A stretch of DNA of 64,000 nucleotides from the IMG/VR virus record IMGVR_UViG_3300022752_000023, positions 1-64,000 of that record. One strand, given 5' to 3'. The notes under the pieces are model-generated. The model ran no database searches and had not been told where the DNA came from. It was given only the letters and a program-made list of their open reading frames with translations. The translations under genes and the position numbers were made by a program. The stretch is from a virus. This document shows, piece after piece, positions 19,739 through 29,297 of the stretch (position 1 is the first letter of the stretch; each line of letters begins with the position of its first letter).

Positions 19739-21078
19739 TAGTTATCTACCTCTTCATTAAAAGTAAGAGACATCTGCGACGGAGCGTTTGTAAGCCGCGT
19801 CAATTCATCTGTCGTCATGTCGCGCGCTCCGCGCGAAAGATTAGTCAGCGCGTCTTCTACAACAGTTTCTTCGCCGCCGTCGACCGCTGGAACGACGTGA
19901 CTACGATGACACCCCTTTTTACCGCGAACCCCAACTACCTTTGGTTTTCTTTTTGACTTTTTACGGTCAATGTCAAATCCAAACACGCTAGCTGGGTGGC
20001 GCAACCAATAAAGATCATGTTGCGACATTCTGACTTCTTGTTTTGCGCCTACAACTTCCGTTGAGTCGACATAAAAACGCGATTTCCATTCTTCTAATCC
20101 GTCAGCGTGATCAAGATACCACGCAATAAAATCTGCTAGCGCAAGTGCCGGAATGTCGTCGCGAAGATGTACAAAAACAGCGGCGTTAAAAATTGCGCGC
20201 ACAGTTTGTATTTCCCATGCCTTGTGCGTATGAGAAAAAGAAGCATCGCGCGCCGCTATAAGTCGGTCAACCAGCGCAACAACACTTGCTAGGTAATCGT
20301 AAAAACGTTTGATTTCTCGGTCAGCGGCGGCAATATCCCAGTTTTTTTCTTTGATCAGTTCTGATACTAAAAATTCTGGCTGCAACGTCTTGCTCTGAGT
20401 GTCGTGCGTAAGAATTTTATCCACTGACGGTTTTTTTGCCGCCCACATGTGAAACAACGCGAGCGCTCCGCGGTGTAACTGACCGTTTCGTTTTCGCCCG
20501 CCTGTGCCGAGCGAACTAGTCATGTTATTTGTTTTCAAAACGTCGGCGCCGGACAATCGCGCAGTTAGCTCCACCACAATAGCGCGCACTTGATCGTAGA
20601 CGTGTTCTCCGATTTTTATCCCACCAATTTTGAGGCCAGCAAGCTCGCCACGCCATAAATCATACGGGAGCAAGCCGGTGCCTTTGTTGAGATTTTGAAA
20701 CGAAATCATTGCAACGTCGTGTGTTTCGTGTTGGCAGTGCATAATGTGCACGCCAACATGTTTCAACAGATCTGCTTGCTGCGGCGTCAAATTAAAATTT
20801 GCTGGTGTTGAAATGGCGTTGTTCAACGTTGTCAAACGCTGCCGCCCATCTTTTAAATATCGAATCAAACTGTTAGGCAAACAGTAGGTGTGTACCGCAG
20901 CTTCAAGCCGGCCGGTTAACAACGTAAATTGAATAAAATCGCGTTGTTTCTTTTCTGGCCAAACAAATTCGCGTTGAAAAAACGGATTTACGAGTTCGTC
21001 ATGCTCTATTTCGCGCAAAATGTCTTTAACAAGTAAATCACGCGACGGCGGCTGCGGGAGAGACGTTAAAACGTCCAT
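19738..21078 (-). CDS. DUF262 (GmrSD/ParB-like) protein with C-terminal HNH-like segment
   Basis: FQREFVW, DGRQRLTT, FQNLNKG; C-terminal HRSHVVP..DGG...N.SRG; RBS AAAGGA. Confidence 0.75.
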   Translation of the reverse strand: MDVLTSLPQPPSRDLLVKDILREIEHDELVNPFFQREFVWPEKKQRDFIQFTLLTGRLEAAVHTYCLPNSLIRYLKDGRQRLTTLNNAISTPANFNLTPQQADLLKHVGVHIMHCQHETHDVAMISFQNLNKGTGLLPYDLWRGELAGLKIGGIKIGEHVYDQVRAIVVELTARLSGADVLKTNNMTSSLGTGGRKRNGQLHRGALALFHMWAAKKPSVDKILTHDTQSKTLQPEFLVSELIKEKNWDIAAADREIKRFYDYLASVVALVDRLIAARDASFSHTHKAWEIQTVRAIFNAAVFVHLRDDIPALALADFIAWYLDHADGLEEWKSRFYVDSTEVVGAKQEVRMSQHDLYWLRHPASVFGFDIDRKKSKRKPKVVGVRGKKGCHRSHVVPAVDGGEETVVEDALTNLSRGARDMTTDELTRLTNAPSQMSLTFNEEVDN

Positions 21079-21106
21079 GTAGTTTCCTTTCTGATATGAA
21101 AACCCC

Positions 21107-21150
21107 GGCTCCGGCACACGCGCCACAGAGAAATACGCGGTGCCGGAGCC
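21107..21150 (-). terminator. Strong hairpin after the SSB gene (terminator or processing site)
   Basis: GGCTCCGGCAC...GTGCCGGAGCC inverted repeat followed by GGGGTTTT. Confidence 0.6.
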
Positions 21151-21162
21151 AGAGCCGAAAGA

Positions 21163-22527
21163 TTATTTCTGGGCCGCACGTGCACGAGCACGAGCCAGAA
21201 TGTCAGCAGAATCGCGCTTCGGCGGCACAGCGGCCGTCGGCGCAGCCGGAGGAGCCGGCGGCGGGTTAGAGAAAAAGTCAGCGACGCTCTCCTCAGCCTC
21301 CGCCGAAATTTCGGCGTCGGGCTGCGGATCCCACGGCGCTACGGGGTCGGGCTTCGGGGCCGGCTTCCGCGCTGCCGGCGCAGTCGCGCGCGGCGGAGGA
21401 GCAGGCGCCTCAAGATCCTCGACGGGCGTGTCTACGCCTTGAAACGTTGACGTACCCTTTGGCAGCGCTCGGAGATACTGCGGGAAATCACGCCACGCGA
21501 AATCCAACGCTTCTCGCGGAAACACCGGCGCCAGCATCTCAGCCTGCTCCTCGTACGACGGCAGCCGTAGGAAATCTTCCCACGTGCCGGCCTCAGCGAC
21601 AATGCGCTCCGCGTACGGCTCCAGCGAAATCTCCTGACCGTTAAACGTGTCGTGGAGAATACCGAAGTGCGTGTAATCACTCCGCGAATGCGGATAGCCA
21701 ACGATGTACTTCGCGCTCTGCGCACCGCGCGCAAACTTCGGGCACTGGAACGTCGTCGGACCCTCAACACCTGTCGCGATAAGATTGGCGCCGCCACTCT
21801 TAAACGCTTCGGGAAGAATCGTAAACAACTTCGCCGGACCAAACGACAGCAGGTCGCCGCTCAGATATTCGCCCGTGTTTTCGTCACGAACGCTGAGCGC
21901 CGCAGCTAACGCCTCAGCCGCACTGGTCTTCAAACCAATAATGCGGGCGTTACGCTTGTTATCGTCCGAGAACGCGCCGAGAACGATCTTTCCGTGTTCG
22001 TCAACAAACACAGAAGTCGCCGAAATAAACATCGTCTTTTCGGGCTTCTTCAGCGAACCAATGTGCGAGTTACGTACAAACTCTTTGGACAGCAGCTCCG
22101 CGAACAGCCGACCGAGCGTCGGGTGCGGGTTGTCCTTGGAGCTGTCGTACGCGACCTTGCGCAGAACGTGCAGCGGGCTTTCATACAGATTCACGTCGGG
22201 ATTGCCGTCGTGAATGATGTAGCAAATGCCCGGGTTACCTACCCAGTGCGCGCAAGTCAGCAGGCGGCTCCAGTCGCCCATAGCCACGTTATCGTGGCCC
22301 TCGCGGAAGTTGGCGAACGTCTCGCCCTTTTTACCTTCCTCGTAGATCGGCAACAGGCGCAGACACAGGCCGTTGTCGAGGAGTTCCCTGCCAGATGCAA
22401 TCAGAATGTTATTCTGCTTGCCGTAGGCGTATCGGCTCTTGCTGTTAGAGCCACCGGCGCCAATGTTGTTGGCCTTCCGGTATTCGGGATCAATTGCCGC
22501 AAAATTCGACGCATTGTAGCGTGGCAT
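21163..22527 (-). CDS. Probable single-stranded DNA-binding protein (gp32-like)
   Basis: Lies between polA and recA with its own promoter and terminator; Pro-rich linker and a DILARARAR tail of the kind seen in large-phage SSBs. Confidence 0.5.
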   Translation of the reverse strand: MPRYNASNFAAIDPEYRKANNIGAGGSNSKSRYAYGKQNNILIASGRELLDNGLCLRLLPIYEEGKKGETFANFREGHDNVAMGDWSRLLTCAHWVGNPGICYIIHDGNPDVNLYESPLHVLRKVAYDSSKDNPHPTLGRLFAELLSKEFVRNSHIGSLKKPEKTMFISATSVFVDEHGKIVLGAFSDDNKRNARIIGLKTSAAEALAAALSVRDENTGEYLSGDLLSFGPAKLFTILPEAFKSGGANLIATGVEGPTTFQCPKFARGAQSAKYIVGYPHSRSDYTHFGILHDTFNGQEISLEPYAERIVAEAGTWEDFLRLPSYEEQAEMLAPVFPREALDFAWRDFPQYLRALPKGTSTFQGVDTPVEDLEAPAPPPRATAPAARKPAPKPDPVAPWDPQPDAEISAEAEESVADFFSNPPPAPPAAPTAAVPPKRDSADILARARARAAQK

Positions 22528-22579
22528 AAAAACCTCTCTTTGTTAATAAGGGCCCTATTGCCCTATGTGGATGTCTGCA

Positions 22580-22607
22580 ACTATAGCAGACAAAACCATT
22601 CTGTCCA
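22580..22607 (-). promoter_or_regulatory. Sigma70-like promoter with extended -10
   Basis: TGGACA-N16-TATAGT with TG immediately upstream of the -10 (TGcTATAGT). Confidence 0.55.
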
Positions 22608-22610
22608 GAC

Positions 22611-25600
22611 CTATTCGTCACAAAACCAATCGATACCCAAACCCCTAGATTTCTCGGGTTTCAGGTTCTCTCCCCAATGGAAAAACACGTCTCGGCTCAT
22701 TCCAAAGTGATACGGCCCGGCACCTTCGATTTGTGTGCCGTCAAGACGATGTGGCCAGAACGGCACACCATCCACCATACACGTCGGAATAACTTCTTTG
22801 TACACACGTTCAGCGTGCTCTAGCGGCACAATTAACACAATCGCGTCATGAATCTGCAGCGCGATTTTGTAGTCGATGTCTGAATGTTCTTCGCGGTACT
22901 TATAGAAGTTGTAAAGCGCGATCGATACAGCGTCAGCCACTCCACCTTGAATCGGAAAGTTCTGCGCCTGACGTTCTTGCTCGCCACGTACGGCTCTGTC
23001 TTTCGTCGGCATGAACCGACGGAATCGCCCGTATGGGCCAACGAGCCAGCCCGGATTTTGCGCCCGAGCGCGGCATTCGGCCAAGAACGTCTTTGTACCG
23101 GGATACGACTGGAAGTAAGCGTCTATCATCGCTTGGCACTGATCGGCCGTTACGTCGTGTCCTTCCTCTTTGCATTGCCGCGCAAGAGCTTCTGAGCCGC
23201 GGCCGTACGGAATACCGAAATTCACGTTTTTGGCTGCGACACGCAAACCCTTTACACCAGCGTCAGCCATACCCTGCTTTGTTGGCGTGACGCCGCTAAG
23301 CCTAAAAGTCTTCACAGCTTGCTGGCTGTGAATGTCGTAGTGATCCGGGTGATCCTCTGGAAGAAGATTACGCCGGACGTGCTCGATCATATTTTTATCT
23401 TGACTCAACCACGCGAGGACCGCCAGTTCCGCACCAGTGAGGTCGGTTTCGATGCCAACGCAGCCCTTGGGTACACGAAGGATCGAGCGGACGGGATGCT
23501 GGTATTTGTCCTTTCCGAGGATACGCTTGTAGTCGTCTTCCCGGCGCGAACTGAGGTTTTGGAGCGGAGGACGAGACGAAGATGCCCGGCCGGTTTCCTT
23601 CGTTTGAAACATGTGCGTACGAACTTTACCGTCGGAGTGAACACAGCCGACAAGACCTTTTTCGTACGTGTAATTACCGTTTTCATCGAGTTCGTATTCT
23701 CCGTCTTCTGTTTCCGAGGGTTTACGCAATACAGACTGCAGCACCTGACTAATAAACTTATAGTCACGAATTTTAGCCGCGGTCGAATTGATGTGCCCTA
23801 GGATACCCAGACTTTCTTTATCGGTACTGGGTGTCGCAGTGTCGGCATTAACGCCACGATACGATAACTCGTTCCACAGTACGGGGCGCTTACCAGTAGT
23901 TTTGACCGGACGCAAATCAAGCGTTTGCGCGTCGTCTGGAATGGGCGGCGCGTTTGTATAGCGATCAGCAAAGTCACGACCAAACAATGCGACGGCCAAC
24001 TGGGGCTGCGATTTTGGATTGAACGCCGGCCAGTTAAGTTCCGCGCGAATTTCTGCTAACAGTTGTTCTTGAGTATTCATGAACAGCGTCGTCAGTTCGT
24101 CGGCGCGGTTGCGGTCTATTTCGAGCCCTGTCATCTCCATTTCAAGAAACGCCAGAGATGCGTTATGCGCGGTCCAGTACGGCAGCCAACAGTCGTGCCC
24201 GGTGCTTGAACGAGCGATAATCCCGTCTTTACCGTTCGTGCCGTAAAACCGCATCATGATGCGTCGAGTGACGTCAACGTCGTATGACGCGTACGGGTGC
24301 AGAATGTGCGCCGGGCATTCGCCGTAACCGCCAACCTCGCTTGCCTTCAATTTGTTATCAGAACGGTACTTTTTCTTCCAGTGATCCAGCGGTTCCCAGT
24401 AAGTTGGGGCAGCAGTAAATCGCATGGAGCACTCGTCAAGGCCGTAACGCGCGCATTCGTTGACGGCGTGATACATAAGACTCGTGTCCCATCCGCCGCG
24501 CGTACGATCGTCTGGATCTTCGGCGGGGGCGTATTCCGCGCGCACATCCACGCCAAAATCAAAAAGCCACGGCAAGTCAGCGCGGAAAAAGTGCCCTCCC
24601 ACGCGAACGTGCCGCTCCGGCGTGCTTTTAAGCAGCCGCGTTAGCAAACGACGCGCCGCGTCCAAATTCGGTTGAAACGCTTCTGCGCCGCCCTGATGCC
24701 GCAGAACGATAGTGCGAGCCCACTTGTCTTTATTTGATATCTGAACAGTGCGCAGATACGCGCCCTCTTCTGTCGGATAGTCGCCGTGCCATTCACAGTC
24801 GATAGCGATGATATTGGAGTTAGGGTCGGGATCAGCGATCATGGCATCAACAATCTCAGCCAACGCTTCTTCGGTGTAAACGTCGGCATGATCGACGGCT
24901 TCCTCGTCTAAAATCTCGTCATGAATTAGCGCCTTGAATCGCCTAATTTGTCCAACGAAATCTTCTGTCGCCTCTGGCTTGCGCACAACAAAAGCTGGGT
25001 GCATGACCGACATAGCTTTCATCGTCCGTGTGTTGCCTTCGGCGTCTAAGGCCGAAACATCAAGAATCCGCCCGGCTAAACCAGTGATCGCGCTAGTCGT
25101 GCGCATCACAGCTTTTGTCGCCTCGTTACCGAGGCACAAAATAAACTCGGGCTGGACGATGCGCAGTTCTTGTTCGAGCAAGATGGCGCAGTTCTTAATC
25201 CACGCCGCCGGCACAGCCGTGATCTCCATCGGCGGAGCAAACTTGCAGGCAAACGTGACGTACCAGTCTTCGTACATCTCGGGACTGATGCCGCAATCCT
25301 CAAAGATGTCGGCCAGCGCGAGCATCGCCGGCCCGGCGGTCGCGTTGAGGCTTTCCATTTCGTAGTACCCGGGGAGCTTGCCAACTACCATCACCTTCGC
25401 TTTGCGCCAAGGACCGTAAGTCTCTACTGCGGCACCGCGTTTCCCCCAGCGATGACCGGGAAGAAACGGTACCGGAATAAGTTCTTTAGACGACTTGTGC
25501 GAAATCGGCAGATGGAAGTCTGGGCGATAAAGAGCGTTCCGGTACAGGTTAGTCAGATGTGTACCAACCGGAACGTTTTTCTTTTTCTTTGCGGCCGTCT

Positions 25601-25772
25601 CGTCAATTTCGTCGCCAAGCGCTACGGCATGCGCAATAAAATCTGGCCCTGCGGGCGGCATACCCGGTTCCGTAAGCGGAATGAACGGGTATGCCGCTGC
25701 AGTGAAATCTTCTGTATTCGGGTCATACAGCGTCTGCGTAAGACGATGCGTGAGCGAAATACCCTGTGTCAT
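22611..25772 (-). CDS. polA: Family A DNA polymerase with N-terminal UDG-like domain and 3'-5' exonuclease
   Basis: Exo I AIDCEW, Exo III YASYDV, TGRASS..PPLQN, motif A DLTGAEL, motif B KNVNFGIPYG, motif C QIHDA; N-terminal VVGKLPG...ILCLGNEA...HPAFV. Confidence 0.95.
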   Translation of the reverse strand: MTQGISLTHRLTQTLYDPNTEDFTAAAYPFIPLTEPGMPPAGPDFIAHAVALGDEIDETAAKKKKNVPVGTHLTNLYRNALYRPDFHLPISHKSSKELIPVPFLPGHRWGKRGAAVETYGPWRKAKVMVVGKLPGYYEMESLNATAGPAMLALADIFEDCGISPEMYEDWYVTFACKFAPPMEITAVPAAWIKNCAILLEQELRIVQPEFILCLGNEATKAVMRTTSAITGLAGRILDVSALDAEGNTRTMKAMSVMHPAFVVRKPEATEDFVGQIRRFKALIHDEILDEEAVDHADVYTEEALAEIVDAMIADPDPNSNIIAIDCEWHGDYPTEEGAYLRTVQISNKDKWARTIVLRHQGGAEAFQPNLDAARRLLTRLLKSTPERHVRVGGHFFRADLPWLFDFGVDVRAEYAPAEDPDDRTRGGWDTSLMYHAVNECARYGLDECSMRFTAAPTYWEPLDHWKKKYRSDNKLKASEVGGYGECPAHILHPYASYDVDVTRRIMMRFYGTNGKDGIIARSSTGHDCWLPYWTAHNASLAFLEMEMTGLEIDRNRADELTTLFMNTQEQLLAEIRAELNWPAFNPKSQPQLAVALFGRDFADRYTNAPPIPDDAQTLDLRPVKTTGKRPVLWNELSYRGVNADTATPSTDKESLGILGHINSTAAKIRDYKFISQVLQSVLRKPSETEDGEYELDENGNYTYEKGLVGCVHSDGKVRTHMFQTKETGRASSSRPPLQNLSSRREDDYKRILGKDKYQHPVRSILRVPKGCVGIETDLTGAELAVLAWLSQDKNMIEHVRRNLLPEDHPDHYDIHSQQAVKTFRLSGVTPTKQGMADAGVKGLRVAAKNVNFGIPYGRGSEALARQCKEEGHDVTADQCQAMIDAYFQSYPGTKTFLAECRARAQNPGWLVGPYGRFRRFMPTKDRAVRGEQERQAQNFPIQGGVADAVSIALYNFYKYREEHSDIDYKIALQIHDAIVLIVPLEHAERVYKEVIPTCMVDGVPFWPHRLDGTQIEGAGPYHFGMSRDVFFHWGENLKPEKSRGLGIDWFCDE

Positions 25773-25778
25773 AACGCC

Positions 25779-26849
25779 TCATAACAAAAATGAAAGATCT
25801 GCCGTGACATCAACAGCGTCAGCAGCAGCCGACAACATCTCAAATAATTCCGAGCGCGAATAGTCCGCCGGATCACGATCGTCCGGGAGAATAACCGGAA
25901 CGACGTTAACGTTTCTTTGGCAAAGCGCCGCCACAACATGCTCAAGCTCGGTCTGCGCGTCGTGATCAAGAACGACAAACACAGGCTTGTTTGCCCATGT
26001 CGTCGCGATCGTGTTGCACTGCCACGCAGATAACGTCTTACCAAAAATGCAGACGCCTGCAACTCCCAAGCGCCACACGCTCGGTACGCCCTCGACAACA
26101 ACGGCAACAGGTTGTTCGGCCGCATTATCGTAGTTGTAAAGGACCTGACTCTTGCGCATGCCGTTGTAGTATTTGACGGTGTTTTTGCCCTCTCCAACTA
26201 CACGACCCTGCCAGCCAACCAGCTGGCCGTGAAAATGCACAGGAATGTAAATTCGCCCGTGCATGATCCGGTGCTTATCTAGCCGCGGCTTTACACACAC
26301 GCCGATTTTGAACATGTCGGCAAGTTCACGAATATTTGTAAATCCGCGAGACGCCAAATACTCGACAGCCGGATGATACTCAGGCAGCGAATCAATCGGT
26401 AGAATCTCGCCGGGTGGTTCGATCGTTTCGTGTGCGGTGTCGAGCGGGACTGACCGAATCGGCGTCCGCATAAGGATCCGCCGGCCTGCGCCAAAAACCA
26501 TATCTTCAAACTGCTCTAGCCGGCCGGGCTTATCAAGACAGTTTTCGTTGTAGCACACGACCAGATGCGTGTTTGCCCGACGACCATTTCGAATGTCTGC
26601 TCCGTACCGGTGATTTACCCACAGACGATTTCGCTGATCACGACAAAACGGACAACACACACAGTAATACTCACCCCAACTGCCACGATAAGTAGACTTG
26701 CCGCGGCGAAGGGGATCATCAAATTGTTCGACCTGCGCGGGCACACCTTCGTTTGCGATATTCACTTCGCCGAATTTGTGCGCGAGCAGGCCATACAGTA
26801 CGGGATTCAGGGGATTTGAACTTGGCGCTTTTGAAACCGCCATTTTCAT
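25779..26849 (-). CDS. dnaG: DNA primase (Zn finger plus TOPRIM)
   Basis: CPFC...C; YLASRG; RIYIP..GWQGR; VVEG; LDHD; DPAD. Confidence 0.85.
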   Translation of the reverse strand: MKMAVSKAPSSNPLNPVLYGLLAHKFGEVNIANEGVPAQVEQFDDPLRRGKSTYRGSWGEYYCVCCPFCRDQRNRLWVNHRYGADIRNGRRANTHLVVCYNENCLDKPGRLEQFEDMVFGAGRRILMRTPIRSVPLDTAHETIEPPGEILPIDSLPEYHPAVEYLASRGFTNIRELADMFKIGVCVKPRLDKHRIMHGRIYIPVHFHGQLVGWQGRVVGEGKNTVKYYNGMRKSQVLYNYDNAAEQPVAVVVEGVPSVWRLGVAGVCIFGKTLSAWQCNTIATTWANKPVFVVLDHDAQTELEHVVAALCQRNVNVVPVILPDDRDPADYSRSELFEMLSAAADAVDVTADLSFLL

Positions 26850-26860
26850 ACTGACTCCTC

Positions 26861-28537
26861 TCACGACATCATGTCTTCAGCAAATGTGTCTACCGGCATA
26901 ATCCGCCGGGGTGTAGAACGCGGCCGAATGAGCGCCTGCGCTTCTTCTGGAGTAACCGGGGCAATGTCACCACGCTGGATGATTCGCTTAGCGGCTTCAG
27001 ATGCAGTGTACTCGTCATTCACAAGACGAATCTCCGCGACTCTATCGTCGATTTTGATTAGCCCCTTGAGATTATCCGCCCGAAGATACCGCAACTTAGA
27101 CCAATAAATTGTCGATACATGGCACGACTCGTCTCGTGCGTTGACGCAGAGACACGCGTGAAGGTTCTCCGCGAATGACTTTGAACCAGACGCGTCGGCG
27201 TGCGAAACGTACCGATATGACGGAATGTTCTTGACCTCACCTTGCGCAAGCTGATGCGCCAGCATGATCACCGCACCTGTGGGCACAGCAATCCTCGCAC
27301 GCAGTTGATCAACAGCGTTTTTAATCGGCCGCGCCAACGACTCAGCGTATTTCGTCTTGGCGTTTGCGTTCATTTCACGCTCCACCATAACGCCGCAATA
27401 GTCAATGGCAACAAAACCAATTTCCATTCCGCGTTCGCGGGCCAGCTGCTCAAGCGCAATAACAATTTCCGCCACACCACCGGCGCCGCGGTTGCCGGTC
27501 TTTTCGTTTTGCGAAAAGTCCAGATACATAAAGTTATTATTGAACCACGAACTGGCGGCGACCCAGCGCTCGCGCTCTCCAAACATTACTTCGCCGTTTC
27601 TGTTCACAGGCAACTCTCGATCGTAGTCTTTGAGGTTTTCAGCTGTAGACAGTTCCGACCAGAAGTCGCGACCAACGGCGAATAGCGAGCGGTCAATCTG
27701 CGCCGCGGCAGACCAAAACGTCGGATTCATTTTTTCGGCCGGATCTTCGTAACCGATAAACACAGACAGCTTGTTGGGCGAGTGTGCGGCGTACTGTTGC
27801 GCCATACGCACAGCCGTAACTGCCAGAAGTGTCGTCTTACCGCCGCCATACGGCCCTAAGACGCCAATAATGTCACCTTGCCGAAAGCCCTGCAGATACT
27901 CGTCAATAAACGGGAGCGTTGTGGGCACAGCAACTGGCGGGAGCGCGATGGGCTGCCCGATTTCAGGCATCATGGCCGCATTCTCGAAGCTCTTGCCCAG
28001 CGCGTCGACCGATTGCGCTTTCCTTGTCCACTGCGCTAACTGCGCCTCTAGATTATCTGGCGCGCCGCCAAACGTATTTAATACCGCTTGCGCCTCGCCT
28101 TTGATCATCCGCTCCCGAATAAATCGCCGAACAATATCCTCAATGTATGACTTTTCGGCGCGGGCTTCGACTTCAGCGAGCGGCGCAACACGGAAGCACT
28201 CGTCGACAAATCGCACCAGCGCGTCAACGGCGTCGTTGCTTAGTGCAATCGCCGCTGTCCCTGCAACAGCGTTATCACGCCACGCCAGCAGTCGAGTGGT
28301 GAGCATGTCGGCCGTAAGCGCGCCAAACTGCTCACTCAATTCTTTCATTGCCGCGAACAGGTAATAAAACGGCAGCTCGTCGATCGATTGTCCAAAATGG
28401 CCGTGTGAAAGCCCGACACGCAACGAGTCGCGCAGCAGCGCCGGGTGCCGTAAAAGACCCGAAATCATTGTGCCGATCTCGGGCGCTGTTACCGCGTCAA
28501 CTGTTTTTGGCTTTTCATCCATGAATTCACTCGGCAT
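26861..28537 (-). CDS. dnaB: DnaB-like (SF4) replicative helicase
   Basis: GPYGGGKTT, IGYED, VAIDY, LAHQL; adjacent to primase. Confidence 0.8.
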   Translation of the reverse strand: MPSEFMDEKPKTVDAVTAPEIGTMISGLLRHPALLRDSLRVGLSHGHFGQSIDELPFYYLFAAMKELSEQFGALTADMLTTRLLAWRDNAVAGTAAIALSNDAVDALVRFVDECFRVAPLAEVEARAEKSYIEDIVRRFIRERMIKGEAQAVLNTFGGAPDNLEAQLAQWTRKAQSVDALGKSFENAAMMPEIGQPIALPPVAVPTTLPFIDEYLQGFRQGDIIGVLGPYGGGKTTLLAVTAVRMAQQYAAHSPNKLSVFIGYEDPAEKMNPTFWSAAAQIDRSLFAVGRDFWSELSTAENLKDYDRELPVNRNGEVMFGERERWVAASSWFNNNFMYLDFSQNEKTGNRGAGGVAEIVIALEQLARERGMEIGFVAIDYCGVMVEREMNANAKTKYAESLARPIKNAVDQLRARIAVPTGAVIMLAHQLAQGEVKNIPSYRYVSHADASGSKSFAENLHACLCVNARDESCHVSTIYWSKLRYLRADNLKGLIKIDDRVAEIRLVNDEYTASEAAKRIIQRGDIAPVTPEEAQALIRPRSTPRRIMPVDTFAEDMMS

Positions 28538-29297
28538 CGTAATTTCTCCAATGCTGCCGTATCTCGACAACGCCTGATTTAATCTCGTTCTCTATCCACC
28601 ATTTGTATTCTGGATGCGCTGCCATTACAGCGTCATATGATCGCTGCTGCGCCTCGTAATCGAGCGCGGCTTTCCACAGGTAACGCTCTACAGCTTTTTC
28701 GCAGTTACGGCTGGCCGCGAACGCGTTTCGAAAAAACGGCGTGGCTGTAACGTAACTTTCGTCGCAGAGTACGTACAGCTCCTGCGCGGCTGTAGGCATT
28801 TTGTATATCGCGGTTGTCGCTATGCGTAGCTGCAGAGTCTCTGCCGCCACGTGAAAACGATTTTTGATTATCCGCGGCATATGCGTCACGTAATCGCGGT
28901 AAATCTCGGCGGATTTAGAGCTGTATAAAACAGACGGGCGCATTTCAGTTAAGCGCTGCTGTCCCGTCGAAATGCGCTCCGTGGCGAGCGCCGAGAAATG
29001 CGCATAAACCCAACCGCCAAGATCGGCGCCTGCGCGTTCGGCAGCGCGCAGGATTTTGCCCCAGACTGGCGTGTGTTTTACGCCAAAGTTATCTTTACCG
29101 CCGTCCCACATCGGGCGTCTTTTAATATGCGCCCGAGCTTCCCAATCGTGAACACGTTCGTTCAGATGGATGTACTGGTATCGAATGTAGGCGGCTTTTT
29201 GCGGCGGCGTAAGAAATTGATACCAGTCGACTGACAAAAGATCTAAATCATTCCCCGCTGTCAGTTCCGCGGGATCGCCAAGAGCGCTGCGCGTCAT
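28527..29297 (-). CDS. Hypothetical protein in the replication operon (start uncertain)
   Basis: ORF between the two helicases. Confidence 0.7.
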   Translation of the reverse strand: MTRSALGDPAELTAGNDLDLLSVDWYQFLTPPQKAAYIRYQYIHLNERVHDWEARAHIKRRPMWDGGKDNFGVKHTPVWGKILRAAERAGADLGGWVYAHFSALATERISTGQQRLTEMRPSVLYSSKSAEIYRDYVTHMPRIIKNRFHVAAETLQLRIATTAIYKMPTAAQELYVLCDESYVTATPFFRNAFAASRNCEKAVERYLWKAALDYEAQQRSYDAVMAAHPEYKWWIENEIKSGVVEIRQHWRNYDAE

